Below, piece by piece: positions 25,464 to 34,080 of a stretch of DNA of 34,080 nucleotides. Numbering within the stretch: position 1 is the stretch's first letter; every line of letters begins with the position of its first letter. The stretch lies in the NCBI GenBank assembly GCA_013362195.1, contig JABFWM010000098.1, positions 1 through 34,080 of the forward strand, given 5' to 3'. A program made the position numbers and the translations under genes. The notes beneath the pieces are model-generated. The model had not been told where the DNA came from and ran no database searches. It saw nothing but the letters and a program-made list of their open reading frames with translations. The stretch comes from Acidobacteriota bacterium. GTDB taxonomy: Bacteria; Acidobacteriota; Vicinamibacteria; Vicinamibacterales; 2-12-FULL-66-21.

Positions 25464-28334
25464 GTGAATTTGCTCGATTCATTGCTGGACGCGATCGTCC
25501 GCCTCGATGGCGACGCGCTGGTGATGCACGTCGGCGAGAAGCCGTACGTCGTCACCACGTCCGCGGCCATGAACGAGTTCCGCGGGCCGCTCGCATGGGG
25601 ACAGGTCGAACTGTCGTCGCGTGTGCTGACGTCCGAAGCCGTGCTCGGGATGCTCGGGCAGATCCTGCCGCTCCAACTGCGCCAGACGCTCGAGGAATAC
25701 GGCGCGGTCGAACACGAGGTTGCGGCGTACAACACGGCCGATCGCTTCACCGCCATCGCCGCGCGCGGCGGCGACGACGTGTGGCTCGAGTTGAGCAGGC
25801 ATCGTCCCGAGCCGGTGCAGCCCGCCGTCGAGGAAGGGCCTGCACCGCCGGCGGAGGAGGACGCAGCGGTTGCGGCAGACTCGCCGGGCGCCCCCGCGGT
25901 TCCAGCTGCTGCCGCCGAGGGCCCCGCACTCATCGAGGTCGCGGCTGGCGGTCACGTCCCCGCAGCGATGGACGTTCCAACCGTGCATGTTCCCGAGCCC
26001 GCGGCGATCGAAGTGCCGCCCGTTGCGGAGCCTGCACCGATCGAGAACGCGGCAGACGACGATGCCGCAGCGGTGGAGGGCGAGGTTCCCGCCTTCGCTG
26101 AAGCGCCCGCAACGCTTGACGTTTCGCAAGCGAACGCTCAGGCATCCCCGCCGATGGACGTTGCGCCGTCTCACATCGAGAAACCGGTGGACGTGGCGCC
26201 GGTGCCAAGTGAGCAACCGGTATTCGCTGATATTGCGGTGGAGATCGAGGAGCCCGCCGCCGAGCACGCCCGCGCGGACGCCGAGGAGCCCGTCGCTCGG
26301 CCGCCCGAGCGCCTCGAAGAGCGCGCAGTAATCGAGACCGGTCCAGCACACGGCTTCGAGTCCGAATCCGTCGAGCCCGTCCAGGTACCTCCTCAAGAAC
26401 TGGTGGCCGTTGCCGACGCGTTCTTCCCGGCCACGCCCGCCGCGGCAGATGCCGTCGCGGCGGAGGAAGACGAAGTCGAACTGGCGTTCGGTCAGGTAGT
26501 GCCCGCCGTGCCGCCCTCTGCTGCCGCGGCGGCGGAGCCGGAGGCGCCGTTCGAAATCGTTCAGGAGGTTCGCCAGGACGCGCCGACCGATGACGATGTA
26601 GATGCGCTGCTCGCGGCGAGCGCTGCCGCGTTGCTGCAGAGCGCGCCGGTCTCGCACGCGCCAATCGACTTTGACCATTTGCCGCTGCCTCCCGTCGAGG
26701 AAGCACCCGAAATCGCCCGGGCGTTCGATGTCGAGGCGGCGCTCGCGCCCGCGCCGTTCGTCGCGCCAGCCGACGCGGCGCCGATTGCGCCGCACGAAGC
26801 GCCTGGCCGCGCGGTCACGCAGCCGCACGAAGCCAGGCCGGCGCAGGCGCCCATTCCATCGAGCCCGCTCGGTGATCTAGAATCGCCTGCGATCGCGCAC
26901 GAGGCGATCGATCTCATCCCGCCTCCACAGCCGGAACCCAGGCCGGCCGCCGCTGAAACCGAACCGCAACCGGTTGCGCTCGCCGCCGAGTCCCCGTCGG
27001 CCGCGGTACCGCCGGAAGTCGTTCACGTTGTCGAAAGAGAGACGCACGCCATTCCAGCCGTCACGTTCGATACGCGTGCGCCACAACACGAGCCTGCCCC
27101 CGTTGTGGCGGAAGCCGAACCCCAGCCCGTCACCCTCGCTCAGCAGCCCACGGCCGAGCGCGCGGTGATCCTGCCGCTTTCGCGGCGCCAGATCCGTCAG
27201 GAGCCGTCGATCCCCGCGGCGCCGCATGCGACGCCCGTGCTGTCGATCGACGAGCTGCTCCGTGTGGCCGCGGCCCGCGGCGCGTCCACCGTCTATCTCG
27301 TCGCGCAGTCGCGTCCGATGGTGCGGGCCGACGGCGAGATCAACGTGCTCGAGATCGGCCGCGGCACGCCGCTGGCGGAAGCCGACCTCGATCGGCTGAT
27401 GCTCGACATGGCGCCAGCCGGCGCGCGTGAAGCCTGGCAGCGCGGCCTGACCGCCGAGTGGATGTGCGACGTCGCCGATGTCGGACGCGTCCGCTGCATG
27501 ACGTTCCGCGATCACCGCGGCCCGGGACTCATCTTCCGGATGCTCCCGCCGCAGGCGATCTCGGCGGACCAGCTCGGGCTCACCGCCGAAGTGCAGGCGC
27601 TCTGCGCCCAGTCGGATGGCCTCGTGCTGATCACCGGCCCGCGCGCGAGCGGCAAATCGACGCTGATGGCGTCGTTCGTCGATCTGATCAACCGCACGCG
27701 CAGCGATCACGTGGTCACGATCGAGTCGCAGATCGGGTTCGTGCACGAGAGCCGGCGCTCGTTCATCAGCCAGCGCGAAGTGCGCGAAGGCGAATCCGTC
27801 GCCGCCGGCGTGCGATCGGCGCTCCGCGAGGATCCGGACGTCCTGTTCATCAGCGATCTGCGGTCGCCGGAAACTGCCTCCGCGGCGGTTGACGCGGCCG
27901 AATCCGGGCGGCTCGTCGTCGCGTCGCTGCCGGCCGCATCGACCGTGGCCGCGGTCGATCGCATGCTGGAGCTGCTGCCGGGCGGCCGCCGGGCGCAGGC
28001 GCAGGCGGCGCTCGCCGCTTCCTTGCGCGGCGTTGTCGCACAGGTGCTCGTCCGCCGCGTCCGGGGCGGCCGCGTCGCGGCGCGCGAAGTGCTGCTGAAT
28101 ACCGCGGCGGTGGCCAGCCTGATTCAGGAAGCGAAGACCGCGCAGCTGCCGCTCGCGATCGAGAGCGGACGCCGGCACGGCATGATGCCGCTCAACGATG
28201 CGCTCGCCGGGTTCGTGCGCGACGGCACGGTGCACGTCATCGAGGCGTACCGCAAGGCGTTCGACAAGCAGGCGCTGCTGACGGCGCTTCGCCGCGACGG
28301 CATCGACACGTCGTTCGCCGAGAAGCTCGCCTGA
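25464..28334 (+). CDS. PilT/PilU-like secretion ATPase homologue, degenerate, with an extra N-terminal domain and long acidic Pro/Ala linker
   Basis: GLVLITGPRASGKST, SQREV, ALREDPD, LRGVVAQVL, GRVAAREVL; start GTG 25464 (alternative 25425). Confidence 0.85.
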   Translation: MNLLDSLLDAIVRLDGDALVMHVGEKPYVVTTSAAMNEFRGPLAWGQVELSSRVLTSEAVLGMLGQILPLQLRQTLEEYGAVEHEVAAYNTADRFTAIAARGGDDVWLELSRHRPEPVQPAVEEGPAPPAEEDAAVAADSPGAPAVPAAAAEGPALIEVAAGGHVPAAMDVPTVHVPEPAAIEVPPVAEPAPIENAADDDAAAVEGEVPAFAEAPATLDVSQANAQASPPMDVAPSHIEKPVDVAPVPSEQPVFADIAVEIEEPAAEHARADAEEPVARPPERLEERAVIETGPAHGFESESVEPVQVPPQELVAVADAFFPATPAAADAVAAEEDEVELAFGQVVPAVPPSAAAAAEPEAPFEIVQEVRQDAPTDDDVDALLAASAAALLQSAPVSHAPIDFDHLPLPPVEEAPEIARAFDVEAALAPAPFVAPADAAPIAPHEAPGRAVTQPHEARPAQAPIPSSPLGDLESPAIAHEAIDLIPPPQPEPRPAAAETEPQPVALAAESPSAAVPPEVVHVVERETHAIPAVTFDTRAPQHEPAPVVAEAEPQPVTLAQQPTAERAVILPLSRRQIRQEPSIPAAPHATPVLSIDELLRVAAARGASTVYLVAQSRPMVRADGEINVLEIGRGTPLAEADLDRLMLDMAPAGAREAWQRGLTAEWMCDVADVGRVRCMTFRDHRGPGLIFRMLPPQAISADQLGLTAEVQALCAQSDGLVLITGPRASGKSTLMASFVDLINRTRSDHVVTIESQIGFVHESRRSFISQREVREGESVAAGVRSALREDPDVLFISDLRSPETASAAVDAAESGRLVVASLPAASTVAAVDRMLELLPGGRRAQAQAALAASLRGVVAQVLVRRVRGGRVAAREVLLNTAAVASLIQEAKTAQLPLAIESGRRHGMMPLNDALAGFVRDGTVHVIEAYRKAFDKQALLTALRRDGIDTSFAEKLA

Positions 28335-28756
28335 TGGAAGTGTCCGATGTCCGGCGGCGCCTGCGCGGCGCCATCGAGCAGGCCAAGCGCCGCGCCGTCG
28401 AGCGCCGGACGCGCGCCGATCAGGCGTCGCGCGACTACGAGCCGTTCCTGACCCACATCGCCGTGCCCACGCTGCAAGCGCTGGCTCAGGCGCTCATCGC
28501 CGAAGGCCACCGCTTCAGGATGACGACACCAGGGCAGACGGTGCGCCTCGGCGCGGAGTTCGCGCCAGACGACTACCTGGAGCTGTCGCTGGACACCGAG
28601 CGCGAGGCGCCCGCGGTGCTCTTGCGCACGAGCCGCGGCCGCGGCCGTCGCAACGTCGGAACGGAGCGCGTGCTCGGCGGTCCGATCGGCGACATCACCG
28701 ACGAGCAGCTCCTGTCGGCCGTGCTCGAGGAGCTCATTCCCTTCGTCGAACGCTGA
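28334..28756 (+). CDS. Hypothetical protein
   Basis: TGATG coupling to the PilT-like gene; GC3-rich codons, protein-like composition. Confidence 0.75.
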   Translation: MEVSDVRRRLRGAIEQAKRRAVERRTRADQASRDYEPFLTHIAVPTLQALAQALIAEGHRFRMTTPGQTVRLGAEFAPDDYLELSLDTEREAPAVLLRTSRGRGRRNVGTERVLGGPIGDITDEQLLSAVLEELIPFVER

Positions 28757-28837
28757 ACACGGCTCTGTCGCTTGCGCGGCCCGTGAACGTACGGGCACGG
28801 GGGCGTGGTCCGTCAACGCACTGACGTCGGTGCGCGA

Positions 28838-30034
28838 TTACAGGTGGATGGCCGCCGCCTCGAACAGCGACTGGATCTCCTGGTCGTTCAACCCGACATC
28901 GTCGCGCAGGATCGATCGCGTGTGCTGACCGAGGGTCGGCGGCGCCTGCGTGACATGCGGCGGCGTCGCGGACATCTTGATTGGATTGCCGAGGACGCGA
29001 ACGTTGCCGGCGGTGGCGTGGGGCAGCTCGACGATCATGTCGCGCGCGGCCAGCTGCGGGTCGGCGAGCGCCTCGGAGACGCTGCGGACCGCGCCGCACG
29101 GGATGCCCGCATCGGTGAGCGCGCGCAGCAGCGCGTCGCGCCGCCACCGCCCGAAGGCGTCGAGCAGCACCGGCCGCAGCGCGTCGTAGTTGCTGACGCG
29201 GGCGGCATTGCTTGAAAAGCGCGCCTCGGCGGCCAGCGCGGAGCGCCCCAGCACGTCGCACAGGCGGCGAAACTGCTCGTCGTTGCCCACCGACAGCACG
29301 AACTCGCCGTCCGCGGACGAGAAGGTGTCGTACGGCGCGATCGACGGATGCCTGTTCCCCATCCGCGACGGCGTGCCGCCGGTCGCGAACGCACTTGCCG
29401 CTTGATACGTGAGCAGCGCCGCGACCGAGTCGAGCATGCCGACGTCGACGTATTGGCCGCAGCCGGTGCGCTCGCGCGCGTGGATCGCAGCGAGCACGCC
29501 CTGGGCCGCGAAGAGACCGGTGGCGATATCGGCGATGGCGACGCCGAGACGGAATGGCGGTCCGTCCGCCGCGCCGGTGATGCTCATCAATCCGCCCTCG
29601 GCCTGCATCATCGCGTCGTAGCCCGCTTCCGCGCGGCGCGGGCCGGTCTGACCGAACCCCGAGATCGAGCAGTACACCAGGCGCGGATGACGCCGCGCCA
29701 CGGTCGCGTAATCGAGGCCGAATCGCGCCATCGTGCCGGGACGAAAATTCTCGACCAGGACGTCGGCGCGATCGAGCAGGGCGCTGACGATCCGCTGCGC
29801 CCCGGCGTGCTTCAAGTCGAGCGCCAGGCTTTCCTTGTTGCGGTTGATGCTGAGGAAGTACGCGCTCTCGCCGTCGACGAACGGGGGGCCCCACGCGCGC
29901 GTGTCGTCGCCGCGGCCCGGCTGCTCGATCTTGATCACGCGGGCGCCGAGGTCGGCGAGCTGCATCGTGCAGTAGGGGCCGGACAGCACCCGGGTGAAGT
30001 CGAGCACCAGCACGCCGTCGAGCGGTTGCGCCAT
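28838..30034 (-). CDS. CaiB/BaiF family (class III) CoA transferase
   Basis: PLDGVLVLDFTRVLSGP, DLGARVIKIE, NRNKES, DVLVENFRPG, SISGFGQTGP, catalytic Asp in AIADIATG. Confidence 0.95.
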   Translation of the reverse strand: MAQPLDGVLVLDFTRVLSGPYCTMQLADLGARVIKIEQPGRGDDTRAWGPPFVDGESAYFLSINRNKESLALDLKHAGAQRIVSALLDRADVLVENFRPGTMARFGLDYATVARRHPRLVYCSISGFGQTGPRRAEAGYDAMMQAEGGLMSITGAADGPPFRLGVAIADIATGLFAAQGVLAAIHARERTGCGQYVDVGMLDSVAALLTYQAASAFATGGTPSRMGNRHPSIAPYDTFSSADGEFVLSVGNDEQFRRLCDVLGRSALAAEARFSSNAARVSNYDALRPVLLDAFGRWRRDALLRALTDAGIPCGAVRSVSEALADPQLAARDMIVELPHATAGNVRVLGNPIKMSATPPHVTQAPPTLGQHTRSILRDDVGLNDQEIQSLFEAAAIHL

Positions 30035-30046
30035 AATCGGAGGAGG

Positions 30047-30301
30047 ATGAAGATTACCGTCTACTCCGGCGCGCATTGACGCGCCTGCGACGAGGTGAAG
30101 GAGTTTCTTTCACGCGCAGGCCACAGCTTCGAGACGAAGAACATCGAGGAGGACGACGACGCCTACCGCGAGCTGATCGCGCTCGGCGCCCGCTCGGTGC
30201 CGGTGACCGTCATCGGCGAGCGCATGATTACCGGCTTCGACCAGGCGCAGCTCCGCTCGGCGCTCGCCGATGCCGGCGACCGACCGTCACGAGATCGCTG
30301 A
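30047..30301 (+). CDS. Glutaredoxin/NrdH-like selenoprotein (UxxC; Sec at TGA 30077-30079)
   Basis: MKITVYSGAH-U-RAC-DEVKEFLSRAG...RSVPVTVIG..ITGFD: the UGA occupies the first Cys position of the CxxC motif; downstream hairpin; GGAGG upstream. Confidence 0.85.
30083..30121 (+). promoter_or_regulatory. Bacterial SECIS-like hairpin
   Basis: Lower stem GCCTGCG/CGCAGGC, upper stem GTGAAGGA/TCTTTCAC, G-first loop GTT starting 23 nt after UGA. Confidence 0.7.
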
Positions 30302-31301
30302 GCAGCGCGTAGGCGGTCTGGGTCAGGCTGCCGCCCAGCTGCGTGATCGCGATCTCGCCGAGGAGATCGGTCTGCAGGATCAGCGCGTTCGCCATCCCGC
30401 GCAGCCCCGCCAGCATGTCACTCTCGGGCAGTTCGACGGGGCGCACCGACGTCAGGACACCGGTCGGCGTGCGCGCCGCCGACGCGACCAGCCGCACCCG
30501 CGCGCCGCGGCCCTTGGCGGCCATGGCGAGCCGCGCGGTGGCCTGGCCGATCCCTTCGCGGTCGACCCCGAGCGGGGTGATTTGCGCGCGCATCAGCACG
30601 TTTGCCAGCGCCGCCGCCTTGGCCGCGGCGTCCCACCCGTCGACGTCGAGCGACGGATCCGATTCCGCGATCCCCTCCGCCTGCATCCGCGCGAGCGCCG
30701 TGTCGAAGCTCTCGCCGTCCTCGATCGCGCTGAGGATGTGGTTCGTCGTGCTGTTGATGACGCCGCGAAACCCGAAGATGTCGACCGCCGGCAGGGTTTC
30801 GCGAACCAGATTGAACACCGGCACGCCGTCCATCACCGCGCCTTCGAACAGAAACGACACGCCGCGGTCGGCGGCCAGGGCGCTCAGTTCCTCGTAGGCG
30901 AAGGCGGCGGGACCCTTGTTCGCCGTCACGACATGGCAGCCCGCCTGCAGCGCCGCGCGCACGTGATCGATCGCCGGCTGCCCCGCGCCGATGTCGAGCG
31001 TGGTCGTCTCGACGAGCACGCGGAGCGAACCGTCGCTCCGGGCGAGATGCCGAATGACCTCGAAGCTGTCGTGCGCCGGCACCGCGCCGTTCACCTGGAG
31101 GTCCCCGTTCTCCCGCTGCGCCGCCGCGATGGCATCGAGGCCATGCCCGGCGACGACGCAGCCGTGGCGCGCGGTCGCGATGCCCACGATCCGGCAGTCG
31201 AGGTCGTAATCGAGAGAGAGCCAGTCCCGCCGCTCTTCCAGCAGCGTCGCGAAGCGTCGGCCGACGTGGCCGAATCCGACCAGCGCGAGATCAGCGCGCA
31301 T
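30228..31301 (-). CDS. hom: Homoserine dehydrogenase
   Basis: GFGHVG, HVVTANKGP, FEGAVMDGVP, GVINSTTN, GIAESDPSLDVDGWDAAAK. Confidence 0.92.
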   Translation of the reverse strand: MRADLALVGFGHVGRRFATLLEERRDWLSLDYDLDCRIVGIATARHGCVVAGHGLDAIAAAQRENGDLQVNGAVPAHDSFEVIRHLARSDGSLRVLVETTTLDIGAGQPAIDHVRAALQAGCHVVTANKGPAAFAYEELSALAADRGVSFLFEGAVMDGVPVFNLVRETLPAVDIFGFRGVINSTTNHILSAIEDGESFDTALARMQAEGIAESDPSLDVDGWDAAAKAAALANVLMRAQITPLGVDREGIGQATARLAMAAKGRGARVRLVASAARTPTGVLTSVRPVELPESDMLAGLRGMANALILQTDLLGEIAITQLGGSLTQTAYALLSDLVTVGRRHRRAPSGAAPGRSR

Positions 31302-32430
31302 TCATCATGACGCTGTCGAGGAATGCGCCGGTCACCTCGAGTGCCCGCGACAGGTAGGTCGGTTCGGATCCAAACCCGATGCGCACGTAGCCGTCCATCT
31401 CGAAATGATCGCCGGGCACGATGAGCACACCGGCTTCATCGCGGAGCCTCGTCGTCAGCGTCGTCGAAGAGATCGGATGCGGGTACTTGATGAAGGCGAT
31501 CGCCCCGGCTTCGGGCGGAACGTGCGTCAAGCCGTCGCGCTGATCGATCCATCGCTTCAGGACCGGGTAGTTCGCGCGGATGATGCCGCGGGTCCGCGCG
31601 AGCAGGGTGGCGCGGCGCGACGGCTGCAGCGCCATGCCCGCGAGGCAGTCGTTGATCGCGCCCGGCGCGATGGTGGTGTAGTCGTGAATGCCCCACAGAT
31701 CCGCGATGAGATCCGGCGGTCCGACGACCCATCCGATGCGCAGGCCGGGCAGTCCATAGGCCTTCGACAAGCCGCTGGTCACGACCGCGCGCTCGTAGCG
31801 GCCCCACACGCTCGGGGTCTCGTCCGCCTCGCGTTCGGCGCCGCGATAGATTTCGTCGCTCACCACCCACGCGCCGGCGGTCGCGGCAATCCGGCAGACC
31901 TCGTCGAGCACCGCCGCGTCGAGCCTGGCGCCGGTGGGGTTGTTCGGATTGCACAGAAGGATCGCGCGGGTCCGGCGCGACACCATCCCGCGGAGCGCCT
32001 CGAGGTCGCCAATCCAGCGGATCGAGGAGCCGTCACGCTGTTGCCGGAGCGGCCACTCGCGCACGTTTGCGCCGAGCGCGCGCGCCACTCCCCGCGCCTG
32101 CAGGTAGTTCGGCGTCATGAACACGATCTCGTCCCCGGCCTGGACGAGCCGCGTCAGCAGCACGAAATTGGCTTCCGAGCCGCCGTTCGTGACTTCGACG
32201 TGATCGACGCCGGCGCCTGGATACATCGCCGCGACGAGCGAGCGCAGCTCGATGGTGCCGTTGGTCTGCGGATACCCGAGCTCCCGCTCGAACATCGCCA
32301 CCTGCAGTTCGGGCGTGTCGACCAGATCGGCGACGCGCAGCGGATGGACCCCGCTTTCCGACAGGTTCCACGCGACGCGGTGCTCCCAGATCGACTGGTA
32401 GCGCTCGAGCGCAAACGGTTCGAGCTTCAT
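31291..32430 (-). CDS. PLP-dependent aminotransferase class I/II
   Basis: CNPNNPTG, SDEIY, GLSKAYGLPGLRIGW, YVRIGFG; TACACT 6 nt before ATG. Confidence 0.93.
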   Translation of the reverse strand: MKLEPFALERYQSIWEHRVAWNLSESGVHPLRVADLVDTPELQVAMFERELGYPQTNGTIELRSLVAAMYPGAGVDHVEVTNGGSEANFVLLTRLVQAGDEIVFMTPNYLQARGVARALGANVREWPLRQQRDGSSIRWIGDLEALRGMVSRRTRAILLCNPNNPTGARLDAAVLDEVCRIAATAGAWVVSDEIYRGAEREADETPSVWGRYERAVVTSGLSKAYGLPGLRIGWVVGPPDLIADLWGIHDYTTIAPGAINDCLAGMALQPSRRATLLARTRGIIRANYPVLKRWIDQRDGLTHVPPEAGAIAFIKYPHPISSTTLTTRLRDEAGVLIVPGDHFEMDGYVRIGFGSEPTYLSRALEVTGAFLDSVMMNAR

Positions 32431-32480
32431 GCTGGCAGTGTAGTCGAAATCCCCGCATGCGCTATCCTTTGGATGACTTG

Positions 32481-33278
32481 ATGTCGACCGATCTCCTGCC
32501 GGAAATGGCGTTGATTCCGGGCGGCGAGTTCCTGATGGGCTCTGAAGATGCGGAAGGAGACGAGCGGCCGGTGCACCGCGTGCACCTCGACGACTTCCTC
32601 ATCGCGGTGCAGCCTGTCACGAACGCCGAGTACGCACGCTTCGTGCGCGACACGGGGCATCGTCCGCCAGCGGTGTACGAACTCCCGCTCGTCGTCACTG
32701 CCGGCGGCGCCGAACGCGAGAACGCGTTCCGCCAGACCGGGGCGGCGTACGTGTGGGACGACGTGTCGCCGCCCGACGGACGCGCCGACCATCCGGTCAC
32801 GCTCGTCCGCTATGACGACGCGGTGGCGTATTGCGCGTGGCTCTCGGCATCGACCGGGCGCCTCTGTCGTTTGCCGACCGAAGCAGAGTGGGAGAAGGCC
32901 TCGCGCGGCGGCGTGGAGTCTAAACGGTATCCATGGGGCGATCGCCTCGACCGCAACCTGTCGAACTTCCTCGCCGATCCGGCGCTGAAGGCAAGCCACG
33001 GCACCACGCCGTGCCGCCTCTATCCGCCGAACCCGTACGGCCTGTTCGACATGGCCGGCAACGTCTGGGAGTGGGTCCACGATTGGTACGATCCGGCGTA
33101 TTACGCCACCTCTCCCACCCGCAATCCGAGCGGACCGTCGTCAGGTCACCTGCGCGTCCTGCGCGGCGGGGGCTGGCTCGTCGCCGACGTCCGGATGCTC
33201 TCGTGCAGCCACCGGCACAAGGTGCCGCCCGACACGTACTCGTACGCGATTGGCTTCAGGATCGCGTGCACGCCCTGA
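32481..33278 (+). CDS. Formylglycine-generating-enzyme (SUMF1/EgtB/PvdO) domain protein
   Basis: FLMGS..ERPVHRV, VTNAEY, HPVT.V, RLPTEAEWEKA, NPYGLFDMAGNVWEW, RVLRGG, IGFR. Confidence 0.9.
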   Translation: MSTDLLPEMALIPGGEFLMGSEDAEGDERPVHRVHLDDFLIAVQPVTNAEYARFVRDTGHRPPAVYELPLVVTAGGAERENAFRQTGAAYVWDDVSPPDGRADHPVTLVRYDDAVAYCAWLSASTGRLCRLPTEAEWEKASRGGVESKRYPWGDRLDRNLSNFLADPALKASHGTTPCRLYPPNPYGLFDMAGNVWEWVHDWYDPAYYATSPTRNPSGPSSGHLRVLRGGGWLVADVRMLSCSHRHKVPPDTYSYAIGFRIACTP

Positions 33279-33294
33279 CGAAAGGAGGCTTCGC

Positions 33295-34023
33295 ATGGCT
33301 CGCGTCGCCGTGTCCGTGCTCCTGATGGCGGTGGCCGCAGCGCCGCTTCGCGCGCAGCAGCCGCTCACGCCGCCGCCGGTGCAGCAGCGCACCGACGACT
33401 CCGTCGTGGTGAGCACGGGGGAGGGCGTGGTGCGCCGTGCGCCGGATCGCGCGTGGGTCATGCTTGCCGCCGAAAGCCGCGCGCGGACACCGCAGGACGC
33501 CCAGCGCCAGAACGCCGAGGCCATGGAGGCCGTCACGAACCGCCTCAAATCCGCCGGCGTCGCCGCCGACGCGATCCAGACGACGATGTTCGACCTGCAG
33601 CCGGAGTTCGATTACGCCAACGGGAAGCAGACGCTGCGCGGATACGTCGCGCGCAACCAGCTGCAGGTGCGCGTCGATGCGTTGCCGAGGCTGGGCGAGA
33701 TCATCGCGTCGGCGGTGGGCAGCGGCGCGACGAACGTCAGCGGCGTCCGGTTCGATCTGAAGGACCGCGAGGCCGCGGAGCGGGAGGCGCTGCGGCTGGC
33801 CGTCGCCGACGCGCGGAGCCGCGCCGAAGCGGCCGCCCGCGGCGCGAACATGAGCGTCGATCGTGTGGTCCGGATCGAAGAACAGCGCGAATTCGTCCCG
33901 CCGCCGCGTCCGATGATGACCGCCATGCGTGCGGACGTGGCCGATCGCGCGGTGGCCGTGCCGATCGAGGCGGGCGAGATCGACATCCGCATCCACGTGT
34001 CGATGACGTCCGCGATCAAGTAG
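33295..34023 (+). CDS. SIMPL (DUF541) domain secreted protein
   Basis: AAAGGAGG RBS; signal peptide ending LRA-Q; VSTGEG...PDRA, GYVARN, GATNVSGVRF, AVADARSRAE. Confidence 0.9.
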   Translation: MARVAVSVLLMAVAAAPLRAQQPLTPPPVQQRTDDSVVVSTGEGVVRRAPDRAWVMLAAESRARTPQDAQRQNAEAMEAVTNRLKSAGVAADAIQTTMFDLQPEFDYANGKQTLRGYVARNQLQVRVDALPRLGEIIASAVGSGATNVSGVRFDLKDREAAEREALRLAVADARSRAEAAARGANMSVDRVVRIEEQREFVPPPRPMMTAMRADVADRAVAVPIEAGEIDIRIHVSMTSAIK

Positions 34024-34080
34024 GGCTCAGGGCTCAGGGCTCAGGGCTCAGGGCTCAGGGCTCAGGGCTCAGGGCTCAGG
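34022..34080 (+). repeat. Perfect heptamer tandem repeat (AGGGCTC)n, at least 8 copies, running off the window end
   Basis: Read directly; begins within the TAG stop of the SIMPL gene. Confidence 0.97.

Noticed and set aside
28779-28796. GCCCGT/ACGGGC hairpin between convergent genes as a terminator
   Set aside because: Short stem with no U-tract on either strand
174-33996. Many long alternative-frame or antisense ORFs in the track (e.g. 174-1547, 398-1936, 7726-10194, 12551-14227, 17461-19089, 20112-21956, 26877-28235)
   Set aside because: Arg/Ala/Pro-rich shadows of real high-GC genes with no recognisable motifs

Overview
High-GC (~70% by eye), gene-dense bacterial chromosomal segment; gene content and repeat style suggest Acidobacteriota (Vicinamibacteria-like), which is an inference. 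About 35 CDSs and no recognisable tRNA, rRNA, CRISPR array or transposase. Housekeeping and metabolic genes include pxpA (partial), an MFS transporter, fabI, nagA, queC/queD, a ubiE-like methyltransferase, a CoA transferase, hom and an aminotransferase. Three features stand out. (1) A minus-strand signalling module at 7675-14188: membrane PH-like protein, sigma-54 activator, sigma-54 promoter, secreted S8 protease with 11 C-terminal xxWG repeats, a hidden 11-codon xVWG ORF in frame behind the protease amber stop, and a multi-TM HD-GYP/GAF/GGDEF receptor. This is a candidate peptide-signalling system controlling c-di-GMP. (2) A metal locus at 20258-25150: a DtxR/MntR regulator fused in frame, through a signal-peptide-like segment, to a predicted outer-membrane beta-barrel. 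It is divergent, across a 22-bp palindrome, from a two-domain multicopper oxidase / ZIP / cupredoxin operon. (3) A glutaredoxin-like selenoprotein (UxxC, in-frame UGA plus SECIS-like hairpin) at 30047-30301 that the ORF track splits. Also present: a catalytically degenerate PilT-like protein with a very long acidic linker, several apparently leaderless genes, degenerate REP-like elements and heptamer repeats.
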